From: a virus
Lineage: Duplodnaviria > Caudoviricetes
Length of the DNA: 43,235 bases
IMG/VR virus record: IMGVR_UViG_3300048670_000918
Span: 1-43,235 of that record
Strand: one strand, 5' to 3'
The translations under genes and the position numbers were made by a program. The notes under the pieces were generated by a model. The model did no database searches. It saw only the letters and a program-made list of their open reading frames with translations, and was not told the origin of the DNA. Shown in pieces: positions 19,434 to 27,661 of the stretch (its first letter is position 1; every line of letters begins with the position of its first letter).

Positions 19434-20812
19434 TGGCACGACTATCTTGCGGCGACTTTGCAAAACATGTCTTGAATACCGAGCTGTGGCCCAGGCAACA
19501 AGTGATTTTGAATGAATTTTTTGCGGGCCAGAAAACACACGCATGTTGGGCACTCGGTCGTCGATCTGGAAAGACATTAATGGCGTCCATTTCTGCGGTG
19601 TACGCCTGCTTCGTCCTGGAGTCGTATTACAAAAGAAAAGTTAGGAACAATGAAAAGTGGTATATAGTTACAGTCGCTAACGATCAACAACAGGCAAAGA
19701 TTGCCCTTAACAATATTCGTCAATTGATTGTAGACAGCCCCCTTGGCACGGAGATTACTAGGGAAACTGCAACCGAAATTGAAATTAGCAACGGATGCGT
19801 CTTTCAGGCCATACCTGCTTCTGCGCGTGCGTCACGAGGCAAGGCCGTCGGAATGTGCATCTTTGATGAACTTGCATTCCAGCTAGAAGGAGACGCCAAT
19901 AGAGGTGCAAAAGCAATATACGACGCGCTGTCACCTTCCATCGCTCAATTTGGCAATCAAGGTCGAATACTTGAACTGTCTTCACCTTGGTTGACCGATG
20001 GATTATTTTATTCTCACTTCAAAGAGGCAGAGAGTGGAGAATTCCCTTTCATGCAAGCGGCTAATATTCCAACGTGGGAGATCAATCCTAATCTTCCATG
20101 GGGGTGTCCATTCCTGGCTGCAGAGCAGAAACGAGATGAAGATAAATTCTGGACAGAATATGGTGCTCGGTTTAGGGGCAACAAGTCCTCGCTGCTTGCG
20201 TCTGAAATCGTAGATGCTGCCATCAATAAGGAAAGGGGCATACTTCTTCCTGATAGGCAAATCATGGGCAAGTACGTGCTCGCACTAGACCCTGCTCGCG
20301 GTGGCGTGGGGCGTGACGAATACGTGGCTTGCATTGTGCATTTCGACAAGGAAACTTTAGTCGTAGACAAATTCCATGTGTTTATGGCAGACTTTGAGAT
20401 CAATGGCAAAAAAGAAGTCAGTATTCAGGCAGTAGAAGACTGGATACGAGAGCACCATAAGATTTATCAATTTGACAGCATTGTTCTTGACCAGTTCAAC
20501 AGCTCAGCCACCATTCAGAGTCTGTCTAGTGACTTTCCCATAAGAGAACTTACTTGGTCGGTAAGCACAAAGATGAAAGCATTTAGCAAGATGAAAGAAC
20601 TCTTTAACGCTGGTCTTGTAGACATTTACCCGCATGAACGCGCCATTCGTCAGCTCAAGAACTTAAACGTTCTATATCGACAAAGTGGACAATGGTCAGT
20701 AACTGGTGGCAAGGAGGTAGGCGTGGATGACTTCTGCTTTGCGCTTGCTGCTGCAATCTTAGAAGCATCAAAAGAGGATGATTTGCATTGGCTAGAAAGC
20801 TTAGTGCGTTAA
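19433..20812 (+). CDS. terL: Terminase large subunit
   Basis: Walker A GRRSGKT, Walker B IFDE, LSSP motif III, nuclease ALDPA...DQF...DD. Confidence 0.93.
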   Translation: MARLSCGDFAKHVLNTELWPRQQVILNEFFAGQKTHACWALGRRSGKTLMASISAVYACFVLESYYKRKVRNNEKWYIVTVANDQQQAKIALNNIRQLIVDSPLGTEITRETATEIEISNGCVFQAIPASARASRGKAVGMCIFDELAFQLEGDANRGAKAIYDALSPSIAQFGNQGRILELSSPWLTDGLFYSHFKEAESGEFPFMQAANIPTWEINPNLPWGCPFLAAEQKRDEDKFWTEYGARFRGNKSSLLASEIVDAAINKERGILLPDRQIMGKYVLALDPARGGVGRDEYVACIVHFDKETLVVDKFHVFMADFEINGKKEVSIQAVEDWIREHHKIYQFDSIVLDQFNSSATIQSLSSDFPIRELTWSVSTKMKAFSKMKELFNAGLVDIYPHERAIRQLKNLNVLYRQSGQWSVTGGKEVGVDDFCFALAAAILEASKEDDLHWLESLVR

Positions 20813-20859
20813 TGCCACTAGAATTTTCAACAATTGACAAATTCTGCATTCTGTGAAAA

Positions 20860-21042
20860 ATGTCTCCGTTTGAACTATCGTCTAAAGATGCTGCATATTT
20901 AATTGCCTTGTTAGAAGGCAATAAGCAAACTGCATTACAACTGTTAGCTGCTGATCATTTTTACCAGCCATCGCTTCTTCCTCGTCTCAAGAAATTTCAG
21001 CAAACGTTGAAAAGGGAGCGAGAGATGAAAGAGGAACAATAG
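20860..21042 (+). CDS. Hypothetical protein
   Basis: 60 aa ORF downstream of terL. Confidence 0.55.
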   Translation: MSPFELSSKDAAYLIALLEGNKQTALQLLAADHFYQPSLLPRLKKFQQTLKREREMKEEQ

Positions 21043-21067
21043 ACTATGAACACTTCTCTTCCATGCC

Positions 21068-21241
21068 ATGAACTTGTCTCGTGCCAGAGAAGAAGCCTGG
21101 GAGCAAGCTCTGGAAGCCTCTAGCGCTGTCGAAGAGAGCAGCAGGACATATGGACAGAACAGCGAAGAAGCTCGCCTTGCAAAGGCTGCCTTTGAACAAT
21201 GGAAAGAGGAATATTTGGAACTGACCGCACGGCGGAAGTGA
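21068..21241 (+). CDS. Hypothetical helical protein (57 aa)
   Basis: Translated by eye: MNLSRAREEAWEQALEAS...ELTARRK*; below the ORF-track cutoff. Confidence 0.6.
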   Translation: MNLSRAREEAWEQALEASSAVEESSRTYGQNSEEARLAKAAFEQWKEEYLELTARRK

Positions 21242-21259
21242 ATGGTGCTAAGCTTCTGG

Positions 21260-21410
21260 AGCTTCTGCAGAAGCCCAGTGGCCACTGGTTACCAGTATCC
21301 TCGTCAATGCTGATTTTCGGGATTCCGTTGAGAATTGAAGACTTTCTTCGGAAATAAGCAGGGTACTGGCCGCACCAGTTAATCGTCTATTGCGACGTAA
21401 CCCTGCTTCA
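21260..21410 (+). ncRNA. Candidate structured ncRNA
   Basis: Follows extended -10 TGCTAAGCT (21246-21254); long hairpin ACTGGT/ACCAGT plus CCAGTATCCT/AGGGTACTGG; no substantial ORF. Confidence 0.45.
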
Positions 21411-21416
21411 CACCCA

Positions 21417-21590
21417 TTAATCGTGCCAGTGGCGCAAGACGCCTGCCACGATAAAGAAATTTGTCGTTAAGTATGAAATAAAAACAAGAGTTCGCACGCA
21501 AGCGATAATGTCCGCTTCTTTTTCATTCATTCCCTCCTTGGGGCCTAGTGCCATGGCCCAGAGACGGAACCATCTTTTCCTCTTCTTCAC
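21417..21590 (-). CDS. Small membrane protein of a type common in cyanophages
   Basis: WFRLWAMALG...EADIIACVRTLVFISYLTTNFFIVAGVLRHW; one hydrophobic helix. Confidence 0.65.
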   Translation of the reverse strand: MKKRKRWFRLWAMALGPKEGMNEKEADIIACVRTLVFISYLTTNFFIVAGVLRHWHD

Positions 21591-21768
21591 GAATCCAGTC
21601 TTTTAAGCTTCTAACATAATGCCTTAGCAGCTCAGATTGCTCTAGGTGCCAAACGTTGCCAGTGAGAAAATACTGTTCATTGTGACAGTCCACTGCTCGT
21701 AAGCATTGATAGACAATGGGGTTCCACGGCTCTCTAAGGGGAGTGTTGAACGTCCTGCGTTCCGTCAT
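21523..21768 (-). CDS. Hypothetical protein
   Basis: 81 aa ORF (FNTPLREPWN...) overlapping its neighbours. Confidence 0.65.
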   Translation of the reverse strand: MTERRTFNTPLREPWNPIVYQCLRAVDCHNEQYFLTGNVWHLEQSELLRHYVRSLKDWIREEEEKMVPSLGHGTRPQGGNE

Positions 21769-22306
21769 GGCCCTTAAAGAAGGCTTTTATGTCTTCTAAT
21801 GCTACAGGGGAAAAGTTATGTCTTTCGACGCAGGCGTTATAGTACCGTCTGTCTACTTTGCCATCGTCAATGATTTGGTGGCAATGTAAATGACCATGCA
21901 CGTTGCCCCAGTAGTGCCCAGAAAGGCATGATGGATGCACTGGCACATGCGTGAAGATAAGACCTCCTCTCATGGTGGAATCACCAGGATGAAAGAACGC
22001 TCCCCTTACGTCTTCAAAATACTTGGCCCATTCTGAAAGCTTTACGTGCTGGTCGTGATTGCCTTTAATGAGAATCTTCCTACCATTGAGCCTTTCAAGA
22101 ATAGGAAGACTTTTGCGGGGAATGATTACATCACCCAAGTGGTAAATGGTGTCTTTCTTCCCTACTGTCGCGTTCCATCGTTCCACCATTGTCTCGTCCA
22201 TCTCTTCAACGGAAGAGAAAGGACGCAATGGCGAACCATCGGGCTGCATAAAGGACAAGCTTTTGGCGTGACCCCAGTGTGTGTCTGCCGTGACGAAGGC
22301 GCTCAT
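21734..22306 (-). CDS. Calcineurin-like metallophosphoesterase
   Basis: DTHWGH, HLGD, GNHD, TH.P and HGHLH motifs. Confidence 0.9.
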   Translation of the reverse strand: MSAFVTADTHWGHAKSLSFMQPDGSPLRPFSSVEEMDETMVERWNATVGKKDTIYHLGDVIIPRKSLPILERLNGRKILIKGNHDQHVKLSEWAKYFEDVRGAFFHPGDSTMRGGLIFTHVPVHPSCLSGHYWGNVHGHLHCHQIIDDGKVDRRYYNACVERHNFSPVALEDIKAFFKGHDGTQDVQHSP

Positions 22307-22323
22307 GAAAGGGCTATGGGAAA

Positions 22324-22391
22324 GGGCGCTGCTGGGAATCGAACCCAGGATTCCAAGCTATGAGCTTGGCGTGTGCCAACACTTCAGGACC
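22324..22391 (-). tRNA. Atypical tRNA with CAT anticodon (Met or Ile2), possibly degenerate
   Basis: Anticodon arm CCAAG-CTCATAG-CTTGG; T arm CTGGG-TTCGATT-CCCAG; D arm GTGT-TGGC-ACAC; acceptor GGTCCTG/CAGCGCC has a C-C mismatch; no encoded CCA. Confidence 0.7.
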
Positions 22392-22451
22392 AGTAACCTC
22401 CTTGTTTGAGCATTGCTAAGAGGCTTAGGAGGTATTGTTGTCAATATAGCA

Positions 22452-22490
22452 TTATGCAGCGCCGTAAGCAGGCAGGTTTAGCGCATTTGA
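22452..22490 (-). pseudogene. Orphaned original 3' end of nrdB
   Basis: Reads SNALNLPAYGAA* versus the present NrdB end CNSLNLPSYG*. Confidence 0.75.
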
Positions 22491-23152
22491 ACTTTTCTCT
22501 TTTGCTTGTCTCTGCCGACAAGCTCGCCAGACAGTCGTTGAGCCATGTCCCAAAGTGGCTCAGTGGATAATTCGTCCCAGCCTTTACCTCCATTCTTGGC
22601 GCTGGTGACACTGGAGGGCTTGACTCCCCATGCGTCGGCTAGCTCAGTCCTAATCCCCCTAAGATGGCGCATGTCAGGGAGCCGTCGCAATACTCTTACT
22701 TGTGCTTCGTTCATCAACGGCTCTCCAAGCGGCTTGCGGGGGCGAGACGAGCGTCCATCAATGTAAGAAGGCCAGTACCCCAAGTTGCGCCTCATGTCTG
22801 CAGCATTTTCCTTTAGCGTTCCCCATCTTAAATTTTCGGGCACATTGTTCATGCCATCGTCGTTGTAGTGCAAAACATTAGTCTTGTCCTCTGGTGGCAA
22901 TCCATGAAAAGCGAGGCAAACAAGTCGTGCAACAAGAATGCGCTTTGTTTCTCCCTGTACAGACAGCATCACAGAGGGGCGACTGTGCTTGGCTGCAGTA
23001 TTTGGGGAAAGAATGCGTGGCTTGAAAACCCGTTTGCGCTTTTGGCCGTCCTTGACGTCAAATACTACGCGCTCTTTTGATCGAACGCGCCCGCAGTTTG
23101 ATGCTTCGTAATGAGTTTCGTAACCTGGAATGGCCTTCCAAATTTCTTCCAT
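22478..23152 (-). CDS. NUMOD4-HNH homing endonuclease
   Basis: EIWKAIPGYE..YEASNCGRVRS (NUMOD4); VARLVCLAF...VLH.ND...NN...NLRWGT..EN (HNH); likely start ATG 23152. Confidence 0.9.
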   Translation of the reverse strand: MEEIWKAIPGYETHYEASNCGRVRSKERVVFDVKDGQKRKRVFKPRILSPNTAAKHSRPSVMLSVQGETKRILVARLVCLAFHGLPPEDKTNVLHYNDDGMNNVPENLRWGTLKENAADMRRNLGYWPSYIDGRSSRPRKPLGEPLMNEAQVRVLRRLPDMRHLRGIRTELADAWGVKPSSVTSAKNGGKGWDELSTEPLWDMAQRLSGELVGRDKQKRKVQMR

Positions 23153-23208
23153 AAATAAAGGGGCGCAATGCCCCTCTATTGTAACACGGATAAGTCGGGA
23201 AAGACTAC

Positions 23209-23937
23209 TCAACCATAGGACGGCAAATTTAGCGAATTACATTCAAAGAAACTTGGCATGACGCTAGCTGTGGTGCCATTAAGCTCAGGAGCCTTGCCAC
23301 TAAAGAACAAGCTGTCGCTTTGACGCAGCCAAAAGTCCTTGTCCAAGTACTTATTGGACGACTTTCCAAGCTTGTCATAAATCCATAGCGCCGTCATCTT
23401 GCGAAGCTTGTTCAAGCTTTCTCCATACTTCTCTCCCACTTCTTCGCAGATTTGCGTATGGCAATATGCGTGGCAGATTTCATCGCGACTAATGTCGCTC
23501 GCTACCGTCCGCAGTCCTTTGTCGCCATTGAAGCGAAAGAACGGAAGAATGGTAAAGAACAGGCTCCGCTCTAGGACAGCCACCTTGGCCATGGGGAAAG
23601 CAGGGTGATCAATCCATGCCTGACGAATGCGCAATGCCTCCTTCTCGGCCTTCTCGTCGGTGCCATGAGCTTCTGCCACATAGTTAAGAGCCAGGTCATG
23701 GCGCTCTTCGTCCAGGATGTTGCTTTCAATGGAAGCAATCAGACCAGGAGTATTTGGCAGATCCCCTTTGAGCCCCTCTAGGAGCATGTCCTTTACGGGC
23801 AATTCAAGGTGACGAATGGCGAGAGCACGGAAAATCGTTTCTTCTGCGCCATCGACAAATTGTCCACTGGTAACAGGGACTGCCTGCCAAGGACGCTTCT
23901 TGGCAACAGCGGAAAAGTAATCAAGTTTTGTGGACAT
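23209..23937 (-). CDS. nrdB: Ribonucleotide reductase beta subunit (short cyanophage class I type)
   Basis: Ferritin-like DEERH and SRDEICH iron motifs; 242 aa; adjacent to nrdA. Confidence 0.85.
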   Translation of the reverse strand: MSTKLDYFSAVAKKRPWQAVPVTSGQFVDGAEETIFRALAIRHLELPVKDMLLEGLKGDLPNTPGLIASIESNILDEERHDLALNYVAEAHGTDEKAEKEALRIRQAWIDHPAFPMAKVAVLERSLFFTILPFFRFNGDKGLRTVASDISRDEICHAYCHTQICEEVGEKYGESLNKLRKMTALWIYDKLGKSSNKYLDKDFWLRQSDSLFFSGKAPELNGTTASVMPSFFECNSLNLPSYG

Positions 23938-24005
23938 TTTTTACAAGCAATGGAAACAATACAGACAAGAAGAGACAGCAAAGCTGCCCCTCCTTTTTTC
24001 AAGGT

Positions 24006-25439
24006 TTATTCAGCACAACTACTGCAAAAGCCAGCATCTAAAGGGCAAGCTTCAGTGTCGTCCTCTAAGTTGAAAAAGTCATTCAGACTCTCTCCTAATT
24101 CTACACCAACGCTATCCTTCGCTTGTGTGCCACTCTGCACTTGAAGAGCGTAATACATAGAAGTTTGAGGACTGTCCAGCCACTCCTGCAGAAAATCCCT
24201 ATCGCAAATTACTAGATCGGACCAAAAATTCATCGAGTATCCATGGAACAAGCCAGTTTCTTGATACAAGGAAACAATGCCGTCTGCTACTCTGCGGAAT
24301 GATTTCCAGCCCACTTCCTCAGCGATTTCCACCGCGCCATATTCAAAACGCTCTACACCCATGGTTTCGCTGTCACGGTCAACAATGCGATCAATGGGGG
24401 GCGCAATTTCGGGCGTTGTAGTAAAGCCTTTCTTATCGAGATAGCGATAGGAGCATGAGGCTGTAGGAGCAATGCAGAAAGCACGGTCCATGCGATAGCC
24501 ACGAGCTACTGCTGCAGCATCTTCAATGGCATTGTCAAGCTTCCACACGATTTGACCTGCAATGGTATTAAACCATTTAGTTTCCCAAGCGCGAAGATCA
24601 TCGCTTAGGTAAGCCTCAAGGGCTTTGCCAAAATCTTCATACGATACGCCTTCATTAGCTAAGAAATTAGCTAAGCCAAGCATTCCCAAGCCCACTTGCT
24701 TATCAATGGCAGGGGCAAGGTATTCGCCAGTGTCGCCCACGCCCGTAGAAGGATGAAGTTTGCAAAGCTGTTCCATGCCCTCAACAAACGCTGCTGACAA
24801 GTCATCAATGCCACAAGCGCCCATATTTACATGCTGCAGAAGACAAGTGCCACGATGGGGCAAATACACTTCCAGGCAAACATTGGCACGAAGACGATTG
24901 CCATTGTCGTCATAGCGAATCTTATTCAGCCAAATATCGCCAGAGCTAATGCCTTGCAACAAAGTATCAATCAGCTCAGGAGAAGAATTCTTCAGGAAGT
25001 TGTCATCTACGTTCAAGCAACGCTTAGTCCATGGCAGCTCCTTCCTGGAAGCTTTAATAAAATCCAAAGCGTCAGGGTGCGTATAGTCAAGATGCAAAAC
25101 TACAGCGCCATTTTTATACTTACCTCCGCGACGAAGGATTTCATTAAGCGTTGAATAAATCTTGCCGAAGCTAACAGGACCACTTGCAACTAATCCTTTA
25201 CCATTCTCATCTCCCTTCCCACGCAAGTTAGAAAGATGAATGGCAACGCCTGCACCATTCCGTAGCCCATGGGATACAAAGCGCCAAGAGTCTTCAATGC
25301 CGCTGTCGCCTTCCATTGAGTCCTCGACTACGAAGACTGTACAACTAACGGGCAAGCGACCGTCAGCATCATCCATCCAGCTTTCAACCCTGCCAGTGCG
25401 TGCAATCTTGTCGCACCTTGCGTTTTCCTTGAGATTCAT
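24006..25439 (-). CDS. nrdA: Ribonucleotide reductase alpha subunit (short cyanophage type)
   Basis: IARTGRV, RLPVSCTV, NVCLE catalytic loop, IAPTASCS, C-terminal CxxC; likely start ATG 25439. Confidence 0.92.
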   Translation of the reverse strand: MNLKENARCDKIARTGRVESWMDDADGRLPVSCTVFVVEDSMEGDSGIEDSWRFVSHGLRNGAGVAIHLSNLRGKGDENGKGLVASGPVSFGKIYSTLNEILRRGGKYKNGAVVLHLDYTHPDALDFIKASRKELPWTKRCLNVDDNFLKNSSPELIDTLLQGISSGDIWLNKIRYDDNGNRLRANVCLEVYLPHRGTCLLQHVNMGACGIDDLSAAFVEGMEQLCKLHPSTGVGDTGEYLAPAIDKQVGLGMLGLANFLANEGVSYEDFGKALEAYLSDDLRAWETKWFNTIAGQIVWKLDNAIEDAAAVARGYRMDRAFCIAPTASCSYRYLDKKGFTTTPEIAPPIDRIVDRDSETMGVERFEYGAVEIAEEVGWKSFRRVADGIVSLYQETGLFHGYSMNFWSDLVICDRDFLQEWLDSPQTSMYYALQVQSGTQAKDSVGVELGESLNDFFNLEDDTEACPLDAGFCSSCAE

Positions 25440-25521
25440 GAGACAACAAAAGGGGGCCACAGCCCCCTCAGAACGAACACTTCCTACTGTAGCCCAAGCC
25501 TAGCCCTCCTTCATGATTGCT

Positions 25522-25878
25522 TTACGAAACCATGTAAATGTCAAAGGCTTCGTGCAGTATCGTGCGAACGCCGCCATCCGCTAAATAACCATCTTCATCC
25601 AGTTTCTTGTCAAACCATTTATAAATAGCAGCAAAAATTGCTTCAGTGCGAACGCAACCGTCTTCGCCATCGTTTTCCACTTGCTCAAGTACAACATCAT
25701 AAATATTCCGACTTTCTTTCTCCTCCATTGCAATTAAATAACCAAGAGCAGCAGCTCCTGCTTTGCTCGTTGCATGTTCGCACATTTCCATGCGCTCCTT
25801 TAGCTCATTGAAACGCTCCTGAGAGCCAAGTACATACTTTGTAACTACTTTGCTGAATTCGTTGAAAGAAGGTTCCAT
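25522..25878 (-). CDS. Hypothetical protein
   Basis: ORF upstream of nrdA; likely ATG start (MEPSFNEF). Confidence 0.6.
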   Translation of the reverse strand: MEPSFNEFSKVVTKYVLGSQERFNELKERMEMCEHATSKAGAAALGYLIAMEEKESRNIYDVVLEQVENDGEDGCVRTEAIFAAIYKWFDKKLDEDGYLADGGVRTILHEAFDIYMVS

Positions 25879-25892
25879 GGGAAAAACGCTGG

Positions 25893-26135
25893 TCACCAAT
25901 CAGGATAGGAGCCGGCAAGGGCAGAGTCAAGGGCAGAGTCAATGGTAAAAGAAGCTAGGTCTGCTTGGTAGCCATTGAACTTAGTGCCAGAAGCCTTCCA
26001 GAGGCATGTGTGCTCTGGCTGGAGCCTTCCTTTTAGCTCTGCTATCGCCTGGTTGAAATAACGCCTTGCTGCTACGCGCACATGCCAATACTGTGTGACA
26101 GTAACAAGCGCTTCTTGAGAATCGTAATAACCCAT
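25893..26135 (-). CDS. Hypothetical protein
   Basis: Likely start ATG 26135 (MGYYDSQE), overlapping the upstream stop. Confidence 0.55.
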   Translation of the reverse strand: MGYYDSQEALVTVTQYWHVRVAARRYFNQAIAELKGRLQPEHTCLWKASGTKFNGYQADLASFTIDSALDSALAGSYPDW

Positions 26136-26881
26136 TAGACCATGCCCCTGCCAAGACGAGTGGAAAAAGCACTTTTTCGCTTGGGGCGATTGTTCTCGTA
26201 TTCCTCTTCTGCATCCAGCAACACTTGCTCGCCCAGCTCCGTCAGACGATAGCACTTGCCAGTGCTCTTAATAGCTAAACCTTCTTCAACAATGGCTGTC
26301 AAACAGTTGTAAATAGTTTTCGCTTCATACAGTCCCTTATTCGATGGATGATTGATGATGCCATTAGACGTAGAGAAGAAGCCACCGCCGTCAATGTCAT
26401 TAAGCGCCCAAATCACATAAATACGAGCATTGGAAATGAAGCCAGGAATTCGATGGGTATCCTGCGCAGCCTCTAGCAGTTCCCTTTTGGTTGCTGCCAT
26501 TGGGTGCCACTTCACTGATTCTTTCATCCAACTACCAATATTGGTTTGCGCTTCTTTTGTGTGACAAGGCATGTCTTGTTGAATAAAACGCTGCAAGCCT
26601 GGCGTAAGCACAAACCATTCCCTGTTGTCCCTGCATCCATCGAAACGCTCGTGCAGAAGCTTCTCCTGCTCTATGTCGGCTTTGAAAGCTTTGAGCACTA
26701 CCAGTCGATGGCGGCAAGCAGTGAGGAACGTTGAGAACCGCGCCTTCAAATCAGTGGTGAAACCAATTTTGACGGCATAAGGATCATTTTCCCACTGGAC
26801 GACGTACACCCACCCTTCGTTTTGCCTTTTAGCCACTTTCTTAATTGGCACAGTGCCCATGTTTTTACTCCCTAAAATCAA
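26135..26881 (-). CDS. T5orf172-type GIY-YIG domain protein with possible C-terminal winged helix
   Basis: GWVYVV...VKIGFT..L..R...E..LH..F...EWF; C-terminal L..IVEEGLA.....YRLTELG. Confidence 0.75.
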   Translation of the reverse strand: MILGSKNMGTVPIKKVAKRQNEGWVYVVQWENDPYAVKIGFTTDLKARFSTFLTACRHRLVVLKAFKADIEQEKLLHERFDGCRDNREWFVLTPGLQRFIQQDMPCHTKEAQTNIGSWMKESVKWHPMAATKRELLEAAQDTHRIPGFISNARIYVIWALNDIDGGGFFSTSNGIINHPSNKGLYEAKTIYNCLTAIVEEGLAIKSTGKCYRLTELGEQVLLDAEEEYENNRPKRKSAFSTRLGRGMV

Positions 26882-26954
26882 GAACGCCCATCAATACTAG
26901 CGTAGATTTCCTGTCGGGAGTAAAAAGCTCCTTTCACCATTTGTTATGCTAGGC

Positions 26955-27075
26955 ATTGGAGAAGCACCGTCCACATTCCTGTTCGACCAGGAGCCTCGTA
27001 CACGGTGCCACGTAACCTCCGCTAGGAGCCCTACGCGCAGAGCCCCAAGCGCCTACGACAATAAGGGCTCCTTCC
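26955..27075 (+). ncRNA. Candidate structured ncRNA
   Basis: Extended -10 TGTTATGCT (26942-26950); stems GCACCGT/ACGGTGC, TCCTG/CAGGA, AGGAGCCCT/AGGGCTCCT. Confidence 0.45.
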
Positions 27076-27097
27076 TAACCATCCTTTCAATATTTCT

Positions 27098-27315
27098 TTA
27101 GCGAGAGCTGACGACGCCGCTGAAATTGTGATCGCACACGGCCAGGTAGAAGAAATTAACTAATACGATATGAAGAAGAAGAAAGGACGCAATGATTGAC
27201 GCTCTTGGGGAGCTACCCGCTCGATGCGTCCTAAGAACGATGGTAAAGAAAGTGCGAGGATCACACCGTAGTGACCTCACTACAGTTCGTAACTGTGCAA
27301 TCGTTCGGTCAGTCG
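27098..27315 (+). ncRNA. Candidate multi-stem structured element
   Basis: Nested stems CTGAC/GTCAG, GTGATC/GATCAC, AGGACGCA/TGCGTCCT plus local hairpins; overlapping ORFs look spurious. Confidence 0.35.
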
Positions 27316-27493
27316 CCATTGCTCTACTTGCAAAACAGGCGTTTAAACAATGTATATACATGCGCATAAATGGCTAGTCGTATTATCAATAAATGACAAT
27401 TATTAGGGATACAAGTAAGTAATATTTAGTGTTGAAAACTCGATGTAAAAATGGCGTCGATTCTGGAGGGGGTACCCCCACGCCACCCGCGCT

Positions 27494-27567
27494 AGTACGT
27501 CCGTACTACTGCTCCCTGTTAAGTTTTGTAACTGATCAGCATTCCTTATCGTATCACCGGGATTGAT
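27494..27567. promoter_or_regulatory. Mini cluster: LexA-like box, HLR1-like repeat, paired LysR-type boxes
   Basis: AGTACGTCCGTACT (27494-27507); minus-strand GTTACAAA-AC-TTAACAGG (27515-27532); ATCAGCATTCCTTAT (27535-27549); ATCACCGGGATTGAT (27553-27567). Confidence 0.6.
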
Positions 27568-27661
27568 TGATCAGAATTCGCATCAATCGGGCTTAATTTA
27601 CCCTTACCTGGCAAGAATGCTAGGCCTAGACTGTAACGCCTAGGCCTAGTTTATTCTCAGC

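Noticed and set aside
21300-21360. Hammerhead ribozyme or SRP RNA
   Set aside because: Lacks the CUGANGA core and the SRP CAGG...GGAA...AGCA helix-8 arrangement.
24006-25439. Class II (B12-dependent) RNR call
   Set aside because: An adjacent ferritin-like beta gene indicates the short cyanophage class I type.
26964-27010. tRNA or tmRNA call for GCACCGT...GTTCGAC...ACGGTGCCA
   Set aside because: Too short, no D or anticodon arm, 6-nt loop and no tag reading frame; retained only as an ncRNA candidate.
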